Positions 1 to 9,467 of a stretch of DNA of 64,000 nt are shown here, in pieces. The position numbers and the translations under genes are program-made. Position 1 is the stretch's first letter; the number at the start of each line of letters is the position of its first letter. Below the pieces are notes generated by a model. It made no database searches. It worked only from the letters and a program-made list of their open reading frames with translations, and was not told the DNA's origin. This DNA is from an uncultured delta proteobacterium (lineage in GTDB: Bacteria > Myxococcota_A > Polyangia > Haliangiales > Haliangiaceae): the NCBI GenBank assembly GCA_963774445.1, contig CAVZFC010000035.1, positions 5,470 to 69,469 of the forward strand, in the 5' to 3' direction.

Positions 1-111
1 CCCGGTGGTCGGGGGCGTGAGCTTCTGGTAGCTGGCCATACGTCCTCTATTCTTGGCGGTGCGGCGATACGGTCGGGTTCGGGCGCGCTGTTTATCGTGT
101 AAGCCCGCTAT

Positions 112-747
112 TTGCAAGCGAATTCGCGGCGCATCCCCGGCGACGCAGGCCCCTCGAGTCTGGTAATGTGGGCCCCCGGAAAGGGGGGCTTCCGCGTGCC
201 CGAGAACATCGAGGTCGTGAGCGAATGGGTCGAGACGTTCCGCGAGGATGTCGAGGCCGTGAAAAAGGTCGTGGATGACGAGGCAGTGTCGGAGGACGCG
301 CGCAAGTACGCGGCTGCGGCCCTGAACTACCTGGTCTCGCGCATGGACCTGATTCCGGATTGGACCGACACCATCGGCGTCGTCAACGACGTCATGGTGC
401 TGCGAACCTGCGTCGCCCTGGCCAGCCAGTACGGCCTGCACGACGACCTGCACGACGCCGACGCGCTGGTCGCCGTCGGCCGACTGGCCAACGAGGCGGA
501 CAAGATCGAGGCGATCCTGGGCCACGATCTCGAGGCCAAGTTCCGCAAGTTCTGCGCCCGCATGACCGACACGGCTGTCCGCGGTCGCACGCCCGAGACG
601 ATCGTCACCGACGCCGACGCGCGCAAGAAGCTGTACGCCGAGATCGAGGACGATCTCAAGCGCATGCCGGCGGCCACCTTCACCGACGCCGACGGCGTGA
701 AGGCCAAGCTGGTCAGCTACCTGACGGCCAAGCTCAAGGACCTCTAG
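112..747 (+). CDS. DUF1232 (YkvA-like) domain protein
   Basis: The ORF contains the DUF1232 signature 'DLIPDW.D.IGVVNDV'. Start codon is uncertain (ATG at 112 or 166). Confidence 0.5.
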   Translation: MQANSRRIPGDAGPSSLVMWAPGKGGFRVPENIEVVSEWVETFREDVEAVKKVVDDEAVSEDARKYAAAALNYLVSRMDLIPDWTDTIGVVNDVMVLRTCVALASQYGLHDDLHDADALVAVGRLANEADKIEAILGHDLEAKFRKFCARMTDTAVRGRTPETIVTDADARKKLYAEIEDDLKRMPAATFTDADGVKAKLVSYLTAKLKDL

Positions 748-792
748 TTCCGCCTCGCCGGAGCGGCGATCCGGATCCGTACGGAGCCAGGG

Positions 793-3700
793 GTGGCTCG
801 AGAACCACAGGTTCCGGGGACGTTGGGGGTCCTGGACGAGCGTTTCGAGCTGCTCTCGCAGCTGGGGCGGGGCGGCATGGGCATCGTCTATCGCGCGTTC
901 GACCGCGAGCGCGGGGTGCAGGTGGCGGTCAAGACGCTGCAAAGCCTGGAGCCCGATCAGGTGCTACGGCTCAAGGCCGAGTTTCGCGCGCTGCGCGACC
1001 TGCGCCATCCTAACCTGGTCGAGCTCGGCGAGCTGATCGAACAGAACGGCAACTGGTTCTTCACCATGGAGCTGGTCGAGGGGGCGACCTTCATCGACCA
1101 CGTACGCGGCGCGGTGCAGCTCCAGGACTGGAGCGTCTCCAGCGAATCGATGGAGGGCAGCGCGACGGCGTCCGAGACCGAGGCCACGCTTCCGTCCGCC
1201 GACCGCGGCGCCGATCGGCCGACGGTGCGCGAGCTGGGCGGGCGAGCGCAGCAACCGCAGTGCGACTTGCAGCGACTGCGGAAGGCGCTGGCCGGGCTCG
1301 CGCGCGGTCTGGTCAGGCTGCACGAGGCGGGCAAGGTCCACCGCGACGTCAAGCCGTCGAACATCGTGGTCGCGCCCGACGGTCGGGTGGTGCTGCTCGA
1401 CTTCGGCGTGGTTGCAGAGCTGGCCGCCTCGCGCGCGTTCGAGCGCGGCCGGTTGATCGGCACCGCCAGCTACATGGCGCCGGAGCAGGCCGCGCGCGCC
1501 GAGGTTGGTCCCGCCGCGGACTGGTACGCGGTCGGGGTGATGCTGTTCGAGGCGCTGACCGGGCGGCTGCCGTTCGCCGGCGACCGCGACGACATCCTGG
1601 CGCGCAAGCAGGCGTTCGGCGCGCCGTGGCCGAGCGACGTCGCCGACGGTGTGCCCGCCGAGCTGGATCGCCTGTGCGCGCAGCTGCTCGAGCGTGATCC
1701 GGCGCGGAGGGCGACGGCGCCCGCGGTGTTCGACGTGGTCGGTGCCGATCGGTCGGCGGAGGCCGCGGCGTGGGTGCCGCCGTCCACGGAGGGGCGGTTG
1801 TTCGTCGGCCGCGCCGAGCAGCTCGACGCGCTGCGCGGCGCCTTCGCCGCCAGCCGGGAGCACGCGGTTTGCGTCTTCGTCGAGGGCGAGTCCGGAGTCG
1901 GCAAGAGCGCGCTGGTCGATCACTTCGCCCGCACCGTCAGCGCCGAGGACGAACATCTGCTCGTCCTCCGCGGTCGCTGCCACGAGCGCGAGCGCGTGCC
2001 GTACAACGCGTTCGATGGCGTGGTCGACGATCTGACGCGCCATCTGCTCGGGCGCCTGCCGTCCCGGGTCGATCGCCTGGTGCCCGACGGCGTCGATGCC
2101 CTGCTGCAGCTCTTCCCCGCGCTGCGAACGGTCGAGTCGTTCGCCCGGCGCGCCGGCGAGCGCCCGACGCGGTCCGCGTCCGAGGTGCGCCGGGATGCGT
2201 TCGCCGCGGTGCGTGCGCTGCTGGGACGCCTGGGCGCGCGGCGCGCGGTATTGCTCGTCGTTAACGACGTGCAATGGGCCGATGGCGACAGCGTCGTGCT
2301 GCTCGAAGAGATCGCGCGCGGTGCCGACGCGCCGGCCGTCTGCATCGTTGCCACTCAGCGCAGCGGAACCGGACGCGCGGTGTCGGCCGAGGTTGGCCGC
2401 GTTGCCCAGGAGCTGCGGCGGATCGAGCTGGGTGGGCTGACCGAGGCCGAGAGCTCGGCGCTTGCGGAGAAGCTACTGGCCGGGGTGGTGCGGTCGGTTG
2501 ACGCTGGCCAGATCACGGCCGAAGCGGGCGGGCACCCGATGTTCATCCGCGAGCTGGTGCACCACGCCGCGCAGCGCCACGCGGCGGGGGAGCCGTTGCT
2601 CCTGGACGAGGCGCTGCGCACGCGGGTGCGGGCGCTGGACGCCGACGCCCGCGCCCTGCTCGAGGCGGTCGCCGTGGCCGGCGCGCCGATCGCGCAAGAG
2701 ATCGCGTTCGCAGCGGCCGGCACGAGTCGCGCCGCGGTCGCAGCCAGCGTGCCCGCGTTGCAGTCGGGCCGACTGATTCACGTCCGCGGCGGGCGCCGGA
2801 CCGATCCGATCGAGCCCTACCACGATCGGGTCCGCGAGGCGGTCTACGTCAGCCTCGACGACGACCGCCGCCGGCAGCTCCACGGCGCCATCGCCTCCGG
2901 GCTGGAGGCGGCGGGCGCGCCGCCGGAGGCGTTGTTCGAGCATTTCGAGGCCGCTGGCCTGGCCGACCGCGCACGGCAGTACCTCGAGGCTGCCGCCGAC
3001 GCAGCGTTTGTCAGCATGGCGTTTGCGCGCGCCGCCGAGCTGTACCGCCGGGCGCTGGCCGAGGAACACGACCCCGACCGTCGGGCCGCGCTGCACGAGA
3101 CCCTGGGCGACGCGCTGTCGAACGACGGCCGCTCGGTCGAGGCGGCCGAATGCTACATGGACGCCGCGCGCGCCGCCGGCGATCCGATGCACGCGCTCGA
3201 CCTGCAGCGCCGCGCGGCCGAGCGATTCCTCATGAGCGGGCACCACCAGCGCGGGCTCGAGGCGGCGCGGCTGGTGCTGCGCGAGCTGGGCATGTCGATG
3301 CCGTCGTCGACGGCGCGGATCATCGCCGGTATCCTGTGGAACCAGTATCGCTTACGCCGCCACCCGCTGACCTGGACGCAGCGCTCGCCGACGGAGCGCG
3401 GGCGGCTGGCGGCCAACGTCTTCTGGTCGTTCGGCTCGGGCTTGTCGATGGTCGAGATCCTCCGCGGCGCCTACTTCGCCAGCCGCTCGCCGCTGCTCGC
3501 CCTCGAGCACGGCGAGCCGACCGAGATCGCGCGGGCGCTGAGTGGCGCGGCAGTCAGTGCCGCCATCACGGGGCGCGGCGACGAGGTCGACAAGCTGCTC
3601 GACGCCACCCGCCGCGCCGCCGACGAGGCCGACACACCGCTGGCGCGCTACTGGGCGCAGCACGCGCGGTCGGCGACCCTGTTCGTCCACCACAACGACT

Positions 3701-4563
3701 GGCGCGGCTGTCTCGAGCTGGTGCCCGAGATCCGGCGCTTGTGGCGCGAGTGCGGCCGCGGGTCGGGCTGGGAGACCGACGTCATCACCCACTTCGAGTG
3801 CTCGTCGTACCAGCTGCTGGGCGAGTACGGCCGGCTGGAGGGGCGCGTACGCGAGGCGGTGCGCGAGGCCGAGCTGACCGGCAACCTGTTCCTCGAGGTC
3901 AGCCTGCGGGTGCGCTTCGCCGGCCGGTTCCTCGTCCGCGGCGACTGGCAGCGGGCCAAGAGCGAGATCGACGACGCCCTCGCGGCGTGGCTGCCGGAGA
4001 GCGACACCTTTGGCAACCAGCGCGCCTGGGCGCTGTGGAGCATGACCCGGGTGGCGCACTGCTCGGACGACTTCGATCGCTTCGTCCCCGAGCTCGACGA
4101 CCAGTGGCGGACCATGCGCCGGTCGCTGACCGCGCGGGTCAAGCTGATGCAGATCGAGTGGCGCGCCACCCACGGCACCTATCTGTGCGGCAAGGCGCTG
4201 TCGGCCCGGCGCCGCGGCGCCGGCAGCGAGCACGCCCGCGCGCTGGGCGAAGCCGAGCAGCACGCCCGGGCGCTGGCGCGCCTGTCGATGCCGGCTGCGG
4301 CACCGACCGAGTGGCTGCTGCGCGCCGCCATCGCCTGGGCGAAGGACGATCAAGACCGCGCGCTGGTCGACACCCGCCGCGCCCTGCGCGAAGCGCGCGC
4401 GCATCCCACCACCGTGTTCGAGACCCCGCTGATGCTGCGCCTGGGCGAGCTCCTCGGCGGCAGCGAGGGCGAGGCGTTCATCGCCGAAGCCGAGCGCATC
4501 GCCACCGCCCGGGGAATCAGCGACTTGCGACTCTTCGCCGAGCTGGCGATCCCGACGCGCTAG
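793..4563 (+). CDS. Ser/Thr protein kinase with C-terminal AAA+ ATPase and TPR-like regulatory region
   Basis: N-terminal Hanks-type kinase motifs are present: G-loop GRGGMGIVY, VAVK, HRDVKPSNIV and DFG. The downstream Walker A (GESGVGKSAL) is followed by a long helical repeat region, which is typical of large myxobacterial STKs. Confidence 0.85.
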   Translation: MAREPQVPGTLGVLDERFELLSQLGRGGMGIVYRAFDRERGVQVAVKTLQSLEPDQVLRLKAEFRALRDLRHPNLVELGELIEQNGNWFFTMELVEGATFIDHVRGAVQLQDWSVSSESMEGSATASETEATLPSADRGADRPTVRELGGRAQQPQCDLQRLRKALAGLARGLVRLHEAGKVHRDVKPSNIVVAPDGRVVLLDFGVVAELAASRAFERGRLIGTASYMAPEQAARAEVGPAADWYAVGVMLFEALTGRLPFAGDRDDILARKQAFGAPWPSDVADGVPAELDRLCAQLLERDPARRATAPAVFDVVGADRSAEAAAWVPPSTEGRLFVGRAEQLDALRGAFAASREHAVCVFVEGESGVGKSALVDHFARTVSAEDEHLLVLRGRCHERERVPYNAFDGVVDDLTRHLLGRLPSRVDRLVPDGVDALLQLFPALRTVESFARRAGERPTRSASEVRRDAFAAVRALLGRLGARRAVLLVVNDVQWADGDSVVLLEEIARGADAPAVCIVATQRSGTGRAVSAEVGRVAQELRRIELGGLTEAESSALAEKLLAGVVRSVDAGQITAEAGGHPMFIRELVHHAAQRHAAGEPLLLDEALRTRVRALDADARALLEAVAVAGAPIAQEIAFAAAGTSRAAVAASVPALQSGRLIHVRGGRRTDPIEPYHDRVREAVYVSLDDDRRRQLHGAIASGLEAAGAPPEALFEHFEAAGLADRARQYLEAAADAAFVSMAFARAAELYRRALAEEHDPDRRAALHETLGDALSNDGRSVEAAECYMDAARAAGDPMHALDLQRRAAERFLMSGHHQRGLEAARLVLRELGMSMPSSTARIIAGILWNQYRLRRHPLTWTQRSPTERGRLAANVFWSFGSGLSMVEILRGAYFASRSPLLALEHGEPTEIARALSGAAVSAAITGRGDEVDKLLDATRRAADEADTPLARYWAQHARSATLFVHHNDWRGCLELVPEIRRLWRECGRGSGWETDVITHFECSSYQLLGEYGRLEGRVREAVREAELTGNLFLEVSLRVRFAGRFLVRGDWQRAKSEIDDALAAWLPESDTFGNQRAWALWSMTRVAHCSDDFDRFVPELDDQWRTMRRSLTARVKLMQIEWRATHGTYLCGKALSARRRGAGSEHARALGEAEQHARALARLSMPAAAPTEWLLRAAIAWAKDDQDRALVDTRRALREARAHPTTVFETPLMLRLGELLGGSEGEAFIAEAERIATARGISDLRLFAELAIPTR

Positions 4564-4677
4564 GGGCGGCGGGGGCAAGAGACTCGCGGATTGCGGTTGC
4601 GTGCGCCTGCGGTGGATCGTCGTCGCCTGCCGCGGGATACTGCCCCGACGGGTTGTCCCGTTGGGATCGATGCACCA

Positions 4678-6028
4678 ATGGATCTGTGGACCGCGCTCGG
4701 CGACGAGCTTCACGCTGCGTTTCCCGGAGGCCGCGACCTCCTGCCGGCGACGCTGCTCTACGGCGAGGACGCCGCGGCCCAGCTCCCCGCGGCCATGGCG
4801 CCCCACGCGGCGCGCCGCGAAGTGCTGGTCTACGCCGACCAACGCACGCGCGCTGCCGGCGCCGCCGCGATCGACGCGCTCCGCGCCGCCGGCTGGACCG
4901 TTCACGAGCGCCAGGTCGCCGATGGCCCGGACGGCGCGATACCGCGGTGCGACGAGGAGACCAAGCGGCAGCTCGCGGCGGAGCTGCCGCCGGCCGCGAT
5001 CGTCCTGGCGGTCGGCTCGGGCGTCGTCAACGACCTCAGCAAGTGGATCGCCGCCGAGGCCGGTCTGCCGTACGCGGTGTTCGCCACCGCGGCGTCGATG
5101 AACGGCTACGCCGCCGCCAACGTCGCGCCGTCGATCAACGGCGTGAAGTCGCTGTTTCGCGCCCGCGCCCCGCGCGTGATCGCCGCCGACCCGCGGGTCC
5201 TGCAGGGCGCCCCGCACGAGCTGACGACGGCCGGCCTCGGCGACGTGATCGCCAAGCCGGTGTCGACCGGCGACTGGCTGATGAACCACCGCCTGTTCGG
5301 CGAGAGCTACACCCAGAGCGTCGCCGACGTGATCGCGCGCGTCGAGCCGGCCTACCTCGATCATCCCGACGAGCTCGCACGCGGCGACCAGGCCGCCGTG
5401 CGCGGCCTGTTCGAGGCGCTGGTCTACTCCGGCTGCGCGATGACGCTGCAGGGCTCGAGCCTGCCGGCGTCCGGCGGAGAGCACCTGATCAGCCACACCC
5501 TCGACATGATCAGCCACGTGGACGGGTTCGACCACGACCTGCATGGCCGCCAGGTTGGCGTGTCGACGATCCTGGTCGCCGCGATCTACCAGGAGGTGCT
5601 CGCGATCGACCGCCCCACCTTCACCGCGGCGTGCGCGCCACTCGACCCCGGGTACTGGGGCGACCTCGCCGCGAGCGTGAAGCCGCAGCACGACAAGAAG
5701 CGAGAGTCCGCGGCCCGGGCTTGCGCGCTCCTCGCCGAGCCCGGCCGCTGGGACGCGCTGCGGGCCGAACTCGCCGCGATCTTGCCGCCGCCGGAGCGGA
5801 TCAAGGACTGCCTGCGCCGCGCCGGCGCCGCCCACCGCATCGCCGACCTCGGCATCACGCGCGAGCGCTACCTCGCCGCGCTCACCCACTGCGGCGCGAT
5901 CCGCGGCCGCTACACCTCGATCGATCTCGCCTGGTCGGTCGGCGTCTTGCCGGCGCGCGGGCCGGCGCTCGCCGATCACTGGTTGCTCGACCTGACCGCG
6001 CGCCGCGCGGCTTCGCCCCGGAGACGCC
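4678..6028 (+). CDS. sn-glycerol-1-phosphate dehydrogenase (AraM/EgsA, DHQS-like superfamily)
   Basis: Motifs GSGVVNDLSKW (GGGxxxD-type NAD loop), ATAASMNGYAAANVAPSI (matches G1PDH PTAASHDGIASP) and GDWLMNH are present. The frame continues without a stop to 6555 as low-complexity sequence overlapping the next real gene, so the 3' end is uncertain (possible frameshift or fusion). Confidence 0.6.
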
Positions 6029-6706
6029 ATGGACTTCATCTTCATGCTCACGCGCGACGATCAGACGGTCGAGGATTGCCTCGAGGTCTACGACGCCATC
6101 CGCCCGCTCGGAATCACCCACGTCGGCTGCAAGGATGTCGGCGTATCGCCGGAGGTCCTCGGCGAGCTGTTCCGCCGCATCCGCGCCGACGGCGCGACCG
6201 GCTACCTCGAGGTGGTGAGCACCTCCCCCGAGGCGTGCCTGCAGTCGGCCCAGGTCGCGCGCGATCTCGGCGTCGAGCGCCTGCTCGGCGGCACCGCGGT
6301 CGAGGAGATCCTCTCGATCCTGGCCGGCTCGGACGTGAGCTACTACCCGTTCCCGGGCGCGCCGGTCGGTCACCCGACCAAGCTCGGCGGCACGCCCGAG
6401 CGGGTCGCCGCCGATTGCGCGCGGTTCGAGCAGCTCGGCTGCGCCGGCGTCGACCTGCTCGCCTACCGGGCCACCGAGGCCGAGCCGATCGAGCTGGTGC
6501 GGGCAGCGCGCGCGGCCCTTGGCGGCAGCCTGATCGTCGCCGGCAGCATCGGTGACGCCCAGCGCATCCAGGCGCTCGCCGCGGCCGGGGTCGACGCCTT
6601 CACCATCGGCTCGGCCGCCTTCGACGGCTCGTTCTCGCCGCGCCAGGGTCTGTTGACCTCGCAGCTCCGCGCGATCCTGGCCGCGTGCGCGGCGCCGCCC
6701 GCCTGA
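6029..6706 (+). CDS. PcrB/GGGPS-family (hepta/geranylgeranyl-glyceryl phosphate synthase-like) TIM-barrel protein
   Basis: N-terminal FMLTRDDQT..HVGCKDVGVSPEVLGELFRRIR and YLEVVSTSPEA align with the PcrB motifs FKLDPNKDL..IIGGSDGVTEDNVLRMMSKVRR and LLEVSAIEA. The C-terminal AGSIGDAQRI...AFTIGSAAF phosphate-binding pattern is also present, and GC3-rich codon usage supports this frame. Confidence 0.55.
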   Translation: MDFIFMLTRDDQTVEDCLEVYDAIRPLGITHVGCKDVGVSPEVLGELFRRIRADGATGYLEVVSTSPEACLQSAQVARDLGVERLLGGTAVEEILSILAGSDVSYYPFPGAPVGHPTKLGGTPERVAADCARFEQLGCAGVDLLAYRATEAEPIELVRAARAALGGSLIVAGSIGDAQRIQALAAAGVDAFTIGSAAFDGSFSPRQGLLTSQLRAILAACAAPPA

Positions 6707-6779
6707 GGGCGCTGGGCGGCCGCCTCCGGGCTCGACACCCGCTGCTACCTCTGTTACGACCCCCTCTCAGGAGGATCTG

Positions 6780-7787
6780 ATGACGCGACTGGGGATGGTG
6801 AGCGCGGCTGCGCTCGTGCTGAGCATGGGCGGCGCCGCGTGGGCGCAGAGCTTCGACGGGGTCGCGCAGAAGGCGCGCCCGGTGGACGGCGACCGCGCGC
6901 TGGGGGCGCTCTTCTGGTCGCACGAGGTCACCTGCGGCAAGGCCGGCGGCGAGCTGGAGAAGCGCCAGTGCGAGGCGGTCCGCGACGCGCGCAAGGCTTC
7001 CATCGCCGGGGCGACCTATCTGGCCGACGCGGAGCCCGGGTCGGTGTCGGTCGGCGCCTACGACGCCAAGGCCAAGTCCCTGTCGCTCACCGTGCGCGCC
7101 TGCCTGGCCTGCGCCACGCCGGTCGATGCCGGGACCAAGCCGCTGGTGATCATCGGCGGGACGCCGACGCCGGACAAGGGCAAGATCGTGGCTGCGCCGC
7201 TGACCACCGCGCACGTCAAGGTGGCCACGCCGGCCGCTGCCAAGCGTTTCACGTCCGAGGTCGCGCCGCGCCTGCGCACCGAGATTCTGTTCCAGCTGGG
7301 CGACAAGCCGGCGCGATGGAAGGCCGGAGGCGCCTCGGGCTACCAGGTCACCATCGCCGGCTACCGCGTGGTCGATCCGTGCACCGGCAACGTCTACGCC
7401 GCCAGCCCCAAGTCGGGGACGGTGGCGCCGGACAAGCGCACCTGCGGCGACCAGCCAGCCCAGGAGGCCAAGGTCGACGACAAGAAGAAGGCGGCCGAGC
7501 CTGCCGAGCCCCAACTGCCCCGGCGGCTGTCGTCCGATCAGATCCGCGATGCCCTGCAGCCGGCGCGCAACGCCGCCCGCAAATGCTACGAGGCGTTCGG
7601 CATCGCCGGTACCGCTCGCTTCAAGATCACGATCAGCAGCGACGGCTCGGTGATCGGTCTGCGCCAGAGCGGCGACTTCACGGACACGCCGACCGGCGCG
7701 TGCGTCGCCAAGGCGGTCAAGGCCACGGTCTTCCCCAAGAGCCGCAAGCCGCAGACCTCGATCGACTACCCGTTCATCCTCCGCTGA
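6780..7787 (+). CDS. secreted hypothetical protein (signal peptide)
   Basis: AGGAGG RBS precedes the ATG. The N-terminal signal peptide is MTRLGMVSAAALVLSMGGAAWAQ, and the protein is Cys-containing and secreted-type. Confidence 0.55.
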   Translation: MTRLGMVSAAALVLSMGGAAWAQSFDGVAQKARPVDGDRALGALFWSHEVTCGKAGGELEKRQCEAVRDARKASIAGATYLADAEPGSVSVGAYDAKAKSLSLTVRACLACATPVDAGTKPLVIIGGTPTPDKGKIVAAPLTTAHVKVATPAAAKRFTSEVAPRLRTEILFQLGDKPARWKAGGASGYQVTIAGYRVVDPCTGNVYAASPKSGTVAPDKRTCGDQPAQEAKVDDKKKAAEPAEPQLPRRLSSDQIRDALQPARNAARKCYEAFGIAGTARFKITISSDGSVIGLRQSGDFTDTPTGACVAKAVKATVFPKSRKPQTSIDYPFILR

Positions 7788-7882
7788 GCGGCATTCGCGC
7801 CAGGGTGGGACAACTCTTCCCCCCGCGGCAGCGGTAGAGGCAGGTCCACTAGCCGCCGGCGGCCGGTTGTCCCCAGCCAGCG

Positions 7883-7898
7883 GGCAACTCGAGTTGCC
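7883..7898. promoter_or_regulatory. perfect 16-bp palindrome GGCAACTCGAGTTGCC flanked by three GTTGTCC/GGACAAC half-sites, upstream of the lipoprotein gene
   Basis: The palindrome and half-sites are seen directly in the 7790-8050 leader region. Confidence 0.35.
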
Positions 7899-8050
7899 GG
7901 CAAGGGGGGACCGTTGTCCGCATGTAGGCCGATGTGCGGGCGGAGCCTCCCGAGATCACACATGAAGCACCTTTCCCTTCGCCTTGGCATGGCCGCTGCA
8001 CAAAGGGGCTGCGCAACGCGAAACCCGCACTACCGAGGGGAAGGTATCCA

Positions 8051-9400
8051 ATGAAGACCGCAAGCAAGTTGAGCGCACTGTTCGTCGCCATCGCCATCGC
8101 CGGCATGGGCTGCTCGTCGTCCGAGAAAGACCCGGGCGGCGGCAACAATCCCGATCCGGGCAACGCCTATCTCACCATCGTCGGCGACGCCAACGTGTTC
8201 ATGGAGTCCGGCTGGACCCAGAAGATCACCGTTCGCTACCACGACGGCAACGACGGGCCGCTGGCCGGCGGAGTTGACTTCAGCGTGGTCGGCAACTCCA
8301 ACGGCGGCACCATCTCGGCGCCGTCGTCGGTGACCAACTCCAACGGCGAGGCGTCGATCAACGTGATCGCCCCGGCCCAGGGCGAGGCGGCCTTCACCAT
8401 TCGCGCCGAGGCGCCGTACGCCGACGCCGTCGAGTGGACCATCGCGATCAGCGCCGGCGACCCGCCGCTGCCGCCGCTCGACGTGACCGGCCGCTACACC
8501 GTCACCTCGGACATCGATCTGGTCTCGGGCCTGCCCGGTCCCGTCGGTGACGTGGTCAACGGCTTCATCGACATGACCGACGACCCGTACGACCCGGCCA
8601 CCTGGCTCATCGACGTCGCCCTCGACAAGATCAACAACGGCACTGTCGTCTCGGTGGTCAACAGCTTCCGCCCGGCGCTCGACGGCTTCCTCAACAGCGT
8701 GCTGCTCGACCTGGCGCCCAACTTCGTGCAGAACATCCTCGACATCGGCGACAAGTTCGGCCAGGTGTCCCGTCACTTCGGCGTGGTCTCGACCCTGGAC
8801 GTCCACCCGAGCAGCGGCATCGATCCCGGCGAGCTGGCCGCGACCCACACCATGACCGGCATGTTCTTCAACATCGACTCCAGCCGCTACAGCTACTCGA
8901 TGGCCGACCTCGGCCTGCAGAACCAGGCGGACGACGGCCTGTCGTTCCGCATGGAGAACGAGAACAAGATCTTCATCGGCGAGCACACCTTCAACATGCC
9001 GTACGGCGCGATGCTGCTGGTTGCCCTAGACGACGTCATCATCCCGATGGTCGATCCGAACGCCAGCAACCTGGCCGAGATGCTCGCCGACTCCATCGAC
9101 TGCACTGCGATCGGCGTCCAGATCTCCGACTACGTCGGCTTCGGCTCGCCCAGCCTGTACGAGGGCGCCTGCCAGCTGGGCATCAGCGCGGCCGCCGGCT
9201 ACATCGAGGATCAGGTCCGCAACCTGCAGGGCATGGACCTGACGCTCTCGACCGGCGAGGCCAAGCCGATGGACACCAACACCGACGCGCTGGTGGACGT
9301 GCTGCTGAACGGTCAGTGGACCGGCAACATCAGCTACTTCAACACGCCGGCCCCGCTCTCGGGCGCGACCTTCCGCGGCGAGCGCCAGGCCCTTCCGTAG
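8051..9400 (+). CDS. lipoprotein, hypothetical
   Basis: An RBS (GAGGGGAAGG) precedes the ATG at 8051. The lipobox is IAGMGC and the mature protein is Gly/Asp/Asn-rich. The ORF-track start at 7934 lacks an RBS. Confidence 0.6.
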   Translation: MKTASKLSALFVAIAIAGMGCSSSEKDPGGGNNPDPGNAYLTIVGDANVFMESGWTQKITVRYHDGNDGPLAGGVDFSVVGNSNGGTISAPSSVTNSNGEASINVIAPAQGEAAFTIRAEAPYADAVEWTIAISAGDPPLPPLDVTGRYTVTSDIDLVSGLPGPVGDVVNGFIDMTDDPYDPATWLIDVALDKINNGTVVSVVNSFRPALDGFLNSVLLDLAPNFVQNILDIGDKFGQVSRHFGVVSTLDVHPSSGIDPGELAATHTMTGMFFNIDSSRYSYSMADLGLQNQADDGLSFRMENENKIFIGEHTFNMPYGAMLLVALDDVIIPMVDPNASNLAEMLADSIDCTAIGVQISDYVGFGSPSLYEGACQLGISAAAGYIEDQVRNLQGMDLTLSTGEAKPMDTNTDALVDVLLNGQWTGNISYFNTPAPLSGATFRGERQALP

Positions 9401-9467
9401 CGAACTGCGCGGGGACGGTCACTCGACCTAGACCATCACCTCCCCAACGCGTTCCCGACCGTTCCCG

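Noticed and set aside
1-111. Possible start of a minus-strand gene (ATG at 39-37, MASYQKLTPP...) running off the left edge
   Set aside because: Only about 13 codons are visible, which is too little to support a call.
3150-6218. Very long alternate-frame ORFs: 3150-6218 (+), 3352-6051 (-), 16080-21191 (-), 12296-14011 (-), 25698-28232 (-), 57125-60268 (-), 33971-36394 (-), 36973-38646 (-), 22994-24913 (-)
   Set aside because: Their products are Arg/Pro/Gly/Ala low-complexity sequence with no motifs. They overlap well-supported conserved genes on the other strand or frame. Long stop-free frames like these are expected in ~70% GC DNA.
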